A stretch of DNA of 64,000 nt, taken from positions 10,340-74,339 of the forward strand of contig DNOQ01000450.1 of NCBI GenBank assembly GCA_003501665.1, read 5' to 3'. The notes beneath the pieces were generated by a model that had not been told where the DNA came from, made no database searches, and saw only the letters and a list, made by a program, of their open reading frames with translations. Position 1 is the first letter of the stretch. The number at the start of each line of letters is the position of its first letter. This document shows positions 34,693 to 44,800 of this stretch, piece by piece. Both the position numbers and the translations under genes were made by a program. This DNA is from Bacteroidales bacterium (GTDB lineage: Bacteria > Bacteroidota > Bacteroidia > Bacteroidales > VadinHA17).

Positions 34693-35781
34693 ATGGAAAA
34701 TAAAACCTTTTCACCAGCAACACGGCAAAACCGCCGCAGTTTTTTAAAGTCCCAGGTTATCCTTGGACTGGGAGCCTTTACAACAGGAATGGTTATCCCT
34801 CAGGCTTGTGCTTCACCGCAAAAACCGGATAAACCCGGTGTAATGACTCAGGACGAATTACGGTTAAAGTACCAGGAATGTCTTGGCGGACCATTCCCTG
34901 AACCGCCATCACTAAATATTCAGTTAAGGGAGACCATACATAAGGATGGTTATCGTATTGAATCACTTACCTTTGAAGGATTGCCGGGAGATAGAATTAC
35001 AGCATTATTACTCATACCTGACAGTGCAACTACCACAAACCCGGCACCTGCTATTGCCGTATGGCACCAGCACAACGGGGAATATCATCTTGGAAAATCT
35101 GAACCGGCAGGCCTTGCAGGTAATCCGATGCACCATACGGCATTAGCACTGGTCCGTGAAGGCTATGTTGTCATTTGTCCCGATGCATTGTGTTTTGAGG
35201 AACGTCAGGATCCGACCGGGAAGCTTAAGGGCGTGAATTATGAACGCTTCGAGTTCATGCGTGAAGTTGTGCAGGGTCGTTCTCTTGCATGGAGAGATAT
35301 ATTTGATATGAAACAATCCATAACAGTACTCTGTGAACGTCCTTACGTACGTGAAAATCTGATCGGATGCTATGGTCATTCGATGGGATCAACCCATGCC
35401 TGGCTGGTGGGACCGCTGGAACCCAGGTTGAAATGTGTCATTGGCAACTGCTGCCTTCCAACATATGAGGCAATAGAAGAAAACCATCTCCTGCATTGCT
35501 TCCCCAATTTTGTACCGGGATGGAGAAAATATGGAGATACTCCTGAAATTGCATCGCTTATTGCACCCAGGGCTTTACATCTGAACCTCGGGGAAAAGGA
35601 TGCCGGCAGTCCGATAGAATCAGCAACCAGAGGGCTGAACCGCATCGCGGAAGTATACAGGAAGGAAGGGGTTCCGGACAACTTCACTTATTTCATTGAA
35701 CCTGATACAGGTCACGTCCTTTCCGAGGCAATGTGGAAACATGTGAAAGAGTGTTTTGCCCGGCATCTTAAAACCGGATAA
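34693..35781 (+). CDS. Tat-exported alpha/beta-hydrolase (dienelactone-hydrolase / acetyl-esterase-like)
   Basis: The track ORF begins at a TTG (34648). I prefer the ATG at 34693, which gives the Tat leader MENKTFSPATRQNRRSFLKSQVILGLGAF. It has the nucleophile elbow ...GCYGHSMGSTHAW... and a late ...EPDTGHVL... His, consistent with a Ser-Asp-His hydrolase. Confidence 0.7.
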   Translation: MENKTFSPATRQNRRSFLKSQVILGLGAFTTGMVIPQACASPQKPDKPGVMTQDELRLKYQECLGGPFPEPPSLNIQLRETIHKDGYRIESLTFEGLPGDRITALLLIPDSATTTNPAPAIAVWHQHNGEYHLGKSEPAGLAGNPMHHTALALVREGYVVICPDALCFEERQDPTGKLKGVNYERFEFMREVVQGRSLAWRDIFDMKQSITVLCERPYVRENLIGCYGHSMGSTHAWLVGPLEPRLKCVIGNCCLPTYEAIEENHLLHCFPNFVPGWRKYGDTPEIASLIAPRALHLNLGEKDAGSPIESATRGLNRIAEVYRKEGVPDNFTYFIEPDTGHVLSEAMWKHVKECFARHLKTG

Positions 35782-35784
35782 CAG

Positions 35785-38376
35785 CTACTTGTTCATCAAG
35801 TCATTGCCTGTCATTTTTACTTCGACCTTTTCACCAGGTGGAACATTAATCACGTATGGGATACCAGGGATCAGATCGAAGCAGTTGTCGGTAATCTCAG
35901 ATTCTCCATTTATGTCAAGAGTGAGAGCCCAGACATAGACAGGAGAAGTAATGATAACCTTGCTGCCACTTTGTTTTATTGAAATATCAGGTCTCAGCAA
36001 GACAAGGTCCTTAAACCTGGCCAGGAACAACCTGTGTTGTGATATAACATTCTCATTATTCTTTAACACAGCAAATGCTCCATGACTTTTAATACCTGCC
36101 TGTATAAAGAGGTTCTTATCAAATGAGGCGATTATTTTTGAAGAATTCGGCGGTAATACAACATTCTCAGACTTATTAACAGGAAGCTTTCCGCTTGTTT
36201 CAAACAATCCATACAGAAGCCTGCCCTTCCAGGATTCCTGTTTTTCGTTTATCCCATAGATATTTATCTTATTGCCTTCCTCTGCCACCACAACACAGAT
36301 CTGTTCAAATGATCTTCTTACCGGATGGTAAGCCAGTTTCTTCCTGAGATAATAATCTACGATGGTCCATCCGTGGGTAACAGGCCACGAGTCATTATAC
36401 ATCCAGAATATGGCACTTGAGCTGCTGTACATACGTCTGTGAAAATTATTGATATACTCCATAAGTCCTTCCGACTGAAGCAATGCACTGGCAAAGACAT
36501 AATCGTCAAAACTCATTTTTGAATAGTTCTTCCCAAGCCAGTCTTCAATGAATTTATATGTAACTCCTTTTTTATCAGTCACAAAGTTCATCATGTTATC
36601 GTGCAAATCCCATGAGAAGGACCGTATATATTGCTCACCTGGAGGCAGGAACTGCCGTAATGTGGCAGGTGAACTGGCGCCGAGAACCCCTCCTTCATTC
36701 GGGAAACGGTCCACATAATCCCTGTAAGCCCAGATGCTGGTGCTGTCCTTTTGAAGGGAGACACCCCATGGATGCTGATCGCCAGTTATCGGGCTGTTAG
36801 GAAACTGATGATCTTCTGAATATGGAGAACTTGGCCAGTAGAAACGGTACGGATCCTCTTCTTTCATTATGACCGGCATCAAATGGTGGTAAATCAGATA
36901 ATCAGGGACTACTTTTCCGCTGTGCGTGTAACCCCATCCCCATGTCCCCCATTCCAGCTCATTGTTTCCACACCAGACAATCAGGGATGGATGATGTGCA
37001 AATTCACGGACAGCCCAGGTTATTTCTTTTTTGACATTATTATAAAACCCGACATCATCTCCCGGATATTCGGAACATGCAAAAAGGAAGTCGTGCCATA
37101 CTACCACTCCTTTTTCGTCACACAGGCTCAGAAGTTCATTGCCTGCAAAAAGGCCTCCACCCCAGATCCGGAGAATATTAAAATTTGCATCAAGAGCCAG
37201 ATCGACAAGTTTTTCAAGGCGTTTATTGTCAACGCTGCTGTAGATCATATCAGCAGGCACCCAGTTGCCACCTTTCATAAAAACAGGACGATTGTTAACC
37301 TTTATGGTAAAGTAATTACCTTCAACAGGATGCTGTGACCGGTCAATGTCAATTTTCCTGAATCCTATTTTTCTTGAACCAGAATCAATCACCTTGCCAT
37401 TCTTCTTAATATCGATTCTCAGAGTATACAGATACGGATCGCCCTGACCTGCCGGCCACCATAACTCAGGTCTGTCTATTCTCATTTTTAATTCATACGG
37501 TTTTATTCCTTCAGATAGAGTAATTTTCCGGGATACATGCTGGTTTCTTTCAACCAGGATTGCTTCTGCTGTTACATCACCTGATTTGTCTGTCCCTTCA
37601 ATGAATGCCCTGATTACCATATCAGCTGACGAAAGGTCATCATTCATTTTTATCCAGGGGACAATATTGTCAAGCCTGGCTTCATCTCTCCAGATAAGAG
37701 ATACGTCACCGGTGATCCCGATGTTTATTAACTGAGGATTCCAGTCCCAGGAGAACTGGTACTGCGGCTTGCGTAACCAGTGTCGTTTGTTGAGATAAAC
37801 ATTAAGGGAATTGTTGTAGTCCTTTACACTCCTGTCCGCCGCATCATAGAGTCCGCTTTCTATACCCATGGTCAGAATATTTTTGCCCTCCAGGAGCTTC
37901 CCTGTAACATCTATTAAACAGGGAATAAAGGCATTATCATGCCTTCCGACCGGTTTCCCGTTAAGGCAGATTACTGCCGAATAATCGAGCCTGTCAAATT
38001 TCAGCCATACAGACTTGTTATTTATTCCCTCCGGTACAGAGAACTCCCTGTAATACTGCCAGTACTGTTCAGCTATCCACCTTGCCGATAAATAATTCAT
38101 CCCATAATTAATATCACTGATCATACCTTTTTTCTGCAGTGACAATATAAGGTCCATGGGCACATCGATATCCATATAGCGGAGAGTGTCATTCAGGGGA
38201 TTAATCATGCTGAAACCATTAATACTGTTAGGGCCATGATTACCATCATTCCAGGTAACTTTCCATCTGCCCGACAGACTTAATTGATTGTCAGGCTGGC
38301 TGTAAGTCTGGCAGTGAATCAATAATTCCAACAAAACCAGAACCAAAAACAGTTTTCCCTTAATTACTTTAGCCAT
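35785..38376 (-). CDS. GH2 beta-mannosidase
   Basis: 863 aa with a signal peptide. It has the GH2 sugar-binding N-domain, ...FNILRIWGGGLFAGNE... and ...VVWHDFLFACSEYPGDD...HHPSLIVWCGNNELEWGTWGW.... The acid/base NE lies in the context typical of Man2A-type beta-mannosidases. Confidence 0.85.
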   Translation of the reverse strand: MAKVIKGKLFLVLVLLELLIHCQTYSQPDNQLSLSGRWKVTWNDGNHGPNSINGFSMINPLNDTLRYMDIDVPMDLILSLQKKGMISDINYGMNYLSARWIAEQYWQYYREFSVPEGINNKSVWLKFDRLDYSAVICLNGKPVGRHDNAFIPCLIDVTGKLLEGKNILTMGIESGLYDAADRSVKDYNNSLNVYLNKRHWLRKPQYQFSWDWNPQLINIGITGDVSLIWRDEARLDNIVPWIKMNDDLSSADMVIRAFIEGTDKSGDVTAEAILVERNQHVSRKITLSEGIKPYELKMRIDRPELWWPAGQGDPYLYTLRIDIKKNGKVIDSGSRKIGFRKIDIDRSQHPVEGNYFTIKVNNRPVFMKGGNWVPADMIYSSVDNKRLEKLVDLALDANFNILRIWGGGLFAGNELLSLCDEKGVVVWHDFLFACSEYPGDDVGFYNNVKKEITWAVREFAHHPSLIVWCGNNELEWGTWGWGYTHSGKVVPDYLIYHHLMPVIMKEEDPYRFYWPSSPYSEDHQFPNSPITGDQHPWGVSLQKDSTSIWAYRDYVDRFPNEGGVLGASSPATLRQFLPPGEQYIRSFSWDLHDNMMNFVTDKKGVTYKFIEDWLGKNYSKMSFDDYVFASALLQSEGLMEYINNFHRRMYSSSSAIFWMYNDSWPVTHGWTIVDYYLRKKLAYHPVRRSFEQICVVVAEEGNKINIYGINEKQESWKGRLLYGLFETSGKLPVNKSENVVLPPNSSKIIASFDKNLFIQAGIKSHGAFAVLKNNENVISQHRLFLARFKDLVLLRPDISIKQSGSKVIITSPVYVWALTLDINGESEITDNCFDLIPGIPYVINVPPGEKVEVKMTGNDLMNK

Positions 38377-38625
38377 ATTAAGCTTATTTTAAGTGTGTTA
38401 CATTCAATTTTATCTGAAAATAGATCATGATACAGTAACAAATTCAATAACTTTACGTATAATAATATTATAGCCTGTACTGTTTCGCAGGAAGTACCCG
38501 GACTTTATTGTCTTCAATGCATCATAGGGCTTCTTATCAGCAATCTTAAGTCCGGAAATGATTACCTGTTATTATTTTAATATTATATATTACCCTGCCC
38601 GATAGGATTGTAAGTATCTGAACAC

Positions 38626-39840
38626 TTACTTAAGATCATATAATTCTTTAAGTTTATTAATGACAGGAAGATCCAGTACCGGATCGAAACCCAGCAGTTC
38701 TGTGAATGTTGATTCAAAATCTTTCTCAACAGAACTTAAGAATGTTATATCAGGAGGAAAACTGTTCCCTGTCTCATCTTTTACATTAAAACGCAACCCA
38801 AACGACATTGCCTTTAGTATCCTGTCGTATGGCAACTGACACTGCATTGCAAGATGTATTGCTCCCATGAACCTGTCATCAGCGCCGAGTTTCCGGATAA
38901 GGTCCTGACCTACCCGGAATATAGTATCCTGGAGGTCTTTATTCCTGAAACGGTATATAAGATCATCGATATGATCTTCCAGGTCTGAAACTGTAAAATC
39001 ATCCGGATAGACTACCCTCAGGATATCTGCCGACTGGATCATGACATCCCTGGTAAAGTCTGAAACCTCTTTATGGTCAAGCACTTCATACATATAAACA
39101 GCATCAGGATACAGTAAATAACCGTAATAGGCTGCAGCAGCGTGTCCGAGATTATGGATAAAAGCTTTCCTGTCGACCCATGCTTTTATATTGCTTTTGG
39201 GGGCTAATCCTTTTACCTGTGGTATTGGATTCTTAAATCCTTTTCCATCGAGTATCAGTGTATTATAAGGTTCAGCAAATACAACAAGAGGATCTTTTTC
39301 CAGTTCTGCCAATGGCATTATGGGGACCATTTTCCCAATGCTGGTCTCGATAAGCCCCACATAGGTATCAACAGGGAATTCCGAAGGCAGCACCTTTTTC
39401 AGCTGTTCATCGACGAACTCAGCTGCCGATCTCATATTCTCGGCGAGTATAATATCAAGAGGTTTATCTGGATCATTAACAGATCTCTTTAAGAGAGCTT
39501 CCGCAATAACAGGTATCACTTTTTCAAGTGCATTTTTACCTACAGATATCGCCATAATTCCGGCAGTAGAAACAGCATCAACCACACTTTCCCTGTTAAA
39601 AGCAGAGATAGCCTGCACATTCCTGACAATTATCTCCTGTTCGGTTTCACCTTTTATGACAATCCTGTACCTGCCCTGCTGGTTAAGCATACCAATAACT
39701 GTCTGATCCACATCGATAAATACAACATTATACCCGCTGCACCCGAATAATTGTCCGACAAAGGAGCGGCCGATCTTGCCGGCCCCGAAAATGACTATTT
39801 TGTGTATTTCAACCTTCGATCTGTTCTTTATAGGCCTCAT
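38626..39840 (-). CDS. Mannitol-dehydrogenase-family oxidoreductase (mannitol-1-phosphate 5-dehydrogenase-like)
   Basis: I place the start at the ATG at 39840 (MRPIKNRSKVEIHKIVIFGAGKIGRSFVGQLF..., a Rossmann motif like the MtlD N-terminus), giving 404 aa. The longer track ORF (to 39951) would overlap the upstream kinase by 143 nt. The chosen start still overlaps it by 32 nt. Confidence 0.75.
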   Translation of the reverse strand: MRPIKNRSKVEIHKIVIFGAGKIGRSFVGQLFGCSGYNVVFIDVDQTVIGMLNQQGRYRIVIKGETEQEIIVRNVQAISAFNRESVVDAVSTAGIMAISVGKNALEKVIPVIAEALLKRSVNDPDKPLDIILAENMRSAAEFVDEQLKKVLPSEFPVDTYVGLIETSIGKMVPIMPLAELEKDPLVVFAEPYNTLILDGKGFKNPIPQVKGLAPKSNIKAWVDRKAFIHNLGHAAAAYYGYLLYPDAVYMYEVLDHKEVSDFTRDVMIQSADILRVVYPDDFTVSDLEDHIDDLIYRFRNKDLQDTIFRVGQDLIRKLGADDRFMGAIHLAMQCQLPYDRILKAMSFGLRFNVKDETGNSFPPDITFLSSVEKDFESTFTELLGFDPVLDLPVINKLKELYDLK

Positions 39841-40996
39841 AGTATGGTTGCATTTTAGCCCGTTTTTCACCGGTTTCCTCTTCAAAATATGTACCTCCCA
39901 TATAGAAACAGGTAAAACCACCTGAGACGACTCCCCAGCAGCAGGCCTCACGAAGATCAGGATGTCTGACTCCGCTAAGAAGCTGGGTCACAACAGATGC
40001 AATAATCCCCCCGACAAAATTATCTCCACAACCGGTAGTGTCTCCGCCTTGTGCATTCTTAAGCTCGCCGATTACTTTTCTTGATACAGGCATCTCGGTT
40101 AATCCGGATTCTGTAAAAAAGTGTCCATCAGAATAAGTCGATATATTTTTCGATCCGTTGGTTATTATCAAAGAAGAGACTCTCTTCTCCCGGAAAAATC
40201 TTATGGCATCCTGGGGATCGTGTTCTCCGCTCAGGCGGAAAGCCTCCTCCTGATCCGCAATGAGAAGATCGATATAGCTGTAACTTGCATCACTTTCACC
40301 CAACGGCCATTTCTGCAAGGGATTCGCCTTTTCATTCCTGAAATCAAAAACAGTGTTTACAATTGTTATGCATCCTTTTGATTTAGCTTTCTTCAGAAGA
40401 GTTGTCAAATGGTCGTGAATCTGTGGGACAAGAGCTGTGCCGCCGAATACAACAATATCGGAATCAAAAAAATCGTCGCCCAGTTCATCCGGTCTGTAAT
40501 CCCATGCAGCTCCTATAGAGTTAAGAAAAGCTCTTTCCCCGTGCCCATTATCATAAGAAGGATCGGAGAGAACAACAGTAGATGGAGTACGATTATTTAT
40601 AAGTTTGTAATCCCTGAGCACCACCGGCGTCTTCCGGAGTGCTGAAATGAGATACTGACCTATATCATCATTTCCGCCACGACCATAGAAACGAACCTCA
40701 CACTGTTCTTTATCAACTAATTGAGAGACATTAATGAGTGAAACTATTGAGGGACCCCCAATGTTTATCTTATCATGGGTTCTGCCACCAGTTATTTTGT
40801 CAAGCACTTTGGTTAATGTACTCCCGCAATAATTCTCAAACTCCTCCTGAAATACAAGTTGCCCCGGTGTCAAACCTCCATCTCCCCGTTTTTTTGACAG
40901 GTATGGACTTATTTCTGCACTTTTAAAATTAATGTCATTGTATAAGAGATCAACCAGACAACAGCCTGTTCCTGAAACTATGATCTTTCCCGGCAT
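39809..40996 (-). CDS. PfkB-family carbohydrate kinase, substrate unknown
   Basis: 395 aa. Motifs are ...IIVSGTGCCLVDLLYN..., ...GGPSIVSLINVSQL... and the C-terminal signature ...GGDTTGCGDNFVGGIIAS.... Confidence 0.8.
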   Translation of the reverse strand: MPGKIIVSGTGCCLVDLLYNDINFKSAEISPYLSKKRGDGGLTPGQLVFQEEFENYCGSTLTKVLDKITGGRTHDKINIGGPSIVSLINVSQLVDKEQCEVRFYGRGGNDDIGQYLISALRKTPVVLRDYKLINNRTPSTVVLSDPSYDNGHGERAFLNSIGAAWDYRPDELGDDFFDSDIVVFGGTALVPQIHDHLTTLLKKAKSKGCITIVNTVFDFRNEKANPLQKWPLGESDASYSYIDLLIADQEEAFRLSGEHDPQDAIRFFREKRVSSLIITNGSKNISTYSDGHFFTESGLTEMPVSRKVIGELKNAQGGDTTGCGDNFVGGIIASVVTQLLSGVRHPDLREACCWGVVSGGFTCFYMGGTYFEEETGEKRAKMQPYYEAYKEQIEG

Positions 40997-41032
40997 AATA
41001 TTATTCTAAGTGATGATTATTAATTTCAATAA

Positions 41033-41707
41033 TTAAAGATACTTTTCATAGTCATTTACAAGAAGGTGAACCGGTTTCACATCCTCAACAATATCAGGGA
41101 ACCTTCCTATTTTCTCATAGAACCTGTTATCATTGGCATCGTCATTTACCAGGCTGACCTCTCCTATTAATACTCTGCCTTTCCCTTTCTCACCATAAAA
41201 CCTGTGATAAACTCTCGATTTCAGACATATGCTTTGCCCCGGTTTAAGAATCATAGGTTCTCCTGCTTTAACAGTGGTCAACACCCCGTCAATACTTACA
41301 GTTACCGGCTCAGGTGATAATTTATCATCATCAGTTGCATTGTAGAGCTCCATGACAAGATTGCCTCCGCCCCTGTTGATGATATCCTCTGTTTTGTTCC
41401 AGTGGAAATGCATCGGTGTCTCCTGTTCCTCATCAGAAACCATTATCTTCTCACAATACATTTTATCTTTTTTGTCCCAGTTGCCGTTCCGGATAGTAAA
41501 CAGGGATAATCCTGTTTTATTAAAATCACCGCTGCCAAAATCGGTTATATCCCAGCCCAGTTTATTATCCACTATCTCTCCACAGGTTTCATATTTTCCG
41601 CTCCATTCTTCAGGAGCCCAGTCAGCCCATTCAGGTAACATAAACTGATGTTTTACAAAAAACTCCTTGATATCTGTAATAATTGAATTAACCTCACTTC
41701 TTTTCAT
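41033..41707 (-). CDS. D-lyxose/D-mannose ketol-isomerase family protein (long, E. coli Z5688-type cupin)
   Basis: 224 aa. ...YCEKIMVSDEEQETPMHFHWNKTEDIINRGGGNLVMELY... and ...VYHRFYGEKGKG.VLIGEVS..NDD..DN.F match my memory of the Lyx_isomer family core. Confidence 0.8.
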   Translation of the reverse strand: MKRSEVNSIITDIKEFFVKHQFMLPEWADWAPEEWSGKYETCGEIVDNKLGWDITDFGSGDFNKTGLSLFTIRNGNWDKKDKMYCEKIMVSDEEQETPMHFHWNKTEDIINRGGGNLVMELYNATDDDKLSPEPVTVSIDGVLTTVKAGEPMILKPGQSICLKSRVYHRFYGEKGKGRVLIGEVSLVNDDANDNRFYEKIGRFPDIVEDVKPVHLLVNDYEKYL

Positions 41708-41849
41708 AATTTATCTGTTTTATAAGTTATTAACGACTGGTCTTTTGTAATATTTCAAATATAATTGCTTAGTCCTTAAAAAATCAAGTTTAAGAAAAAT
41801 TTATAGCAACTGATATTATTGAACCTGCAGTAAATATCCGGATAATTTA

Positions 41850-44800
41850 TTAATAAACTCCTTTTTTAAAACTATTATCAATTCCCCAACTGACATTGGG
41901 TTCCGGTCCCATTTCTAGTATTAACGATCCTCCTTTTAATAATTCCGAAGCAGGGAAATAAAAAGAGTTAAGCTCTTTACCGTTTAACACGGCTTTCTGC
42001 ACATAGATGTTTTTACGTGAGCTTTTCCTGGCTTCAATGACGAATTTTTCACCACGTCCGAACTGTTTTCCAAGATCGATCTCTATTTTTTCATAAAGCG
42101 GGCTGGCTATTTCATATACCGGATCGATCCTGCAACCTCCATCTGTCTGGAATAATCCAATAGAGGCCATAAGCAACCAGGCGCTCATCTGACCCTGATC
42201 CTCATCACCCAGGTAAGCATTTGATATGCCTGCTCCATAATAACGATCGATGATTGACCTGGTCCATTTCTGTGTAAGCCAGGGTTTTTGTACCCAATTG
42301 AAAAGAAAGGAAAAATGCATCGACTGCTGATTACCCTGTACTACCGGGTAATCCCAATACTGGTCATTGGGAGCATTATATCTCCATTTCTCACTCTGGT
42401 TAAATCCCCATTCCAGCCGTTCCAGGAAACGTTCTTTTCCTATGAGATCAGCTAAAGCGGGAACGTCCTGGGGTACAAAAAAAGTCATTTGCCAGGCATT
42501 AGCTTCAACATAGTGTCTGTTAGCTCCTGACCTGAAAGGATCGAAATCTGATACCCAGGAACCATCACTCAGACGCATATGACAATATCCGTTTTCCGGA
42601 TTTATAGCATTACGCCACCAGTAGCCCCGTTCGTTAAACAATTGATATTCTCTTGTTTTTCCCATGGCTTTTGCCATCTGACCTACTGTCCAGTCATCAA
42701 AGGAGTATTCCATGCTGTTGGAAAAGCGACCCATATCGGATGGAACATATTTATATTTCAGATACGGTACCAGGTTCCTGTTTCCTGCAAAACCATTAAA
42801 TACTTTCTGGGCAGGAGTCGTTTGCATCTTTATGGCAGCCTTTAATGCCTTCTCAGGATCAAAATTCCGGATACCCATCTGATATGCCCCCACGATCAGC
42901 GGGATCTCATGCTCGGCAACCATCACAGGTATGTAATTCATTCCTCCGGGGCCTTTCGCAAGCCAGCCGTTTGCATCGAACATGGCAAGTTGTGAATTTA
43001 CCCATCTGCCACTCCACTCAGGAGTTACGAGATTCCAGAATTGGTTCAGGTTCCAGAATGTATTCCAGAAAGCATCGCATCCCAGAGCAACATTATCCGG
43101 ATTTTCAATCTTCCGGATTTTCTTGTCAGTGGATACCCATTCTCCATTTACATCTGAGAAGATGTTCCGGCTGCAGACAGCACGGTAAAAATTTGTATAG
43201 AAACGGATTTTTTCAAGCCTGTTGTCAGTTGTAATCAAAACACGATTGAACAAATCATTCCATACCTTCACATGGTTTTCCCTGACGGCATCAAAACTCC
43301 AGCCGAAAGGATCAGTGATCTCGGTTTCGAGGTTTAAAGCTGCATTAGCGACACTGACATAAGAAATTCCTGAACGTACCTGAACAACAGGATTTTGTCT
43401 TGCATTAAATTGTAAAAACACTCCTGCCTGTTTAGCTTCTTCCGCCACCAAAGAATCATCATGATTTACAGTGTCATTTAACCAGCTGCCCATACTTTCG
43501 AAAGGCTTGTCAAATTCCAGTACAAAATAAACAGTATAATCCTGGTGGGCATCAATACTCCAGACCCGCGGGGCAAGCTGATGACAAGAACCCTCGATAC
43601 GGTATTTGTTTATTTGCTTAATCCGGATTTCCTTTATCTCATATCTGTTCTCAGCTGGTACTTTTAAATCAATCAGAATCCGCGCGCTATCCCTGTTTTC
43701 CGGAAAGGTAAAACGCATGAATCCGCAACGTGTTGTTGAAGTAATTTCTGCCTTGATATTATAATCGGTTAGTTCAGCTTTATAATATCCTATGGGTGCC
43801 TCTTCTGTCCGTTTATTAATTGCAGAACGATAACCTTCTTCCGGTAAAAGTTCGTCACCTATTCTGGTTATTAATTTCCCGTTCGAAGCAAAAATACCCA
43901 GGCCGCCAAGTGTCCATTCATGAATATGACTGAATGTACCAATGCTTTCAAATGAGGGTTCGTAACCTGCCTGCCACCCGGAATTCTGATTATCGGGACT
44001 CAGCTTAACCATACTGAAAGGCATCCAGGGACCTGGAGCAATCATCCACCGGGAATGTGCAGTCCCGATGCGGGTATCGACATAATCGGCCGGAGTCTGG
44101 AGCTTTTGTTTTGAACGTGTTATTGTGCCCTTCTGCAGCAATTTACCATCAGCAATTATCCGGTACCTGCTTTTAACCTGGCTGTCTACGGATGGCATGG
44201 GTACTTCATACTGATAATGACCTGATTCCATTGTTTCCTTAAAAATAACTTTGCCGTCAAGTTCCACGCTGATTACCGGTATTCCCTTCAAATGCTCAGC
44301 ACTTACAAGAAGAGGCTGCACTTTTTCCCCTTCCCTTATTATCTCATATGGAGCCGGCACTACCTCCTTAATAAAAACCTTTTCCGGAGATACAAGGGTT
44401 ACACCGGCCGGGCCTTCAAGATGCACCTCATCGAACATAATCCATGAACCTTCCAGGACAGCAAGGGTAATACAATTACCCCCGGATTTAATAATGCCGG
44501 GATTTATTGGTATTTCAATCATCCGGGGTGTAGCAGAACTTAAATCCCCTGTAATAGAAGCTGTATCTGTAACCGGCTCATTAAGCCTTGGATGTGGTTG
44601 TTTATCAAGCTGGTATTCGTTGGCAACCAATTGTAATTTCCGATCCGTATCGTTGATGCTTACCTTCAATAATGGTGAAAATTTTTTTGCAAAATCCAGG
44701 AGGTTTATTACAAGTTTCCATTCTCCTTTTGAAATCGGTTCAGGTATTTTTTTTACCCCGAAAAATATATTTATCTGATGTGTCCTCCAGCCTGAAGTTG

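Noticed and set aside
38497-38555. 8-bp inverted repeat (ccggactt ... aagtccgg) downstream of the dehydrogenase gene
   Set aside because: The 43-nt loop and short stem are too weak to call a terminator or operator, and it could arise by chance.
39841-39951. N-terminal 37-aa extension of the mannitol-dehydrogenase-family ORF as given in the track
   Set aside because: It would overlap the upstream kinase gene by 143 nt, and the extension (MRPAAGESSQVVLPVSIWEVHILKRKP...) has no Rossmann context. The Met at 39840 sits directly before the GAGKIGR nucleotide-binding motif.
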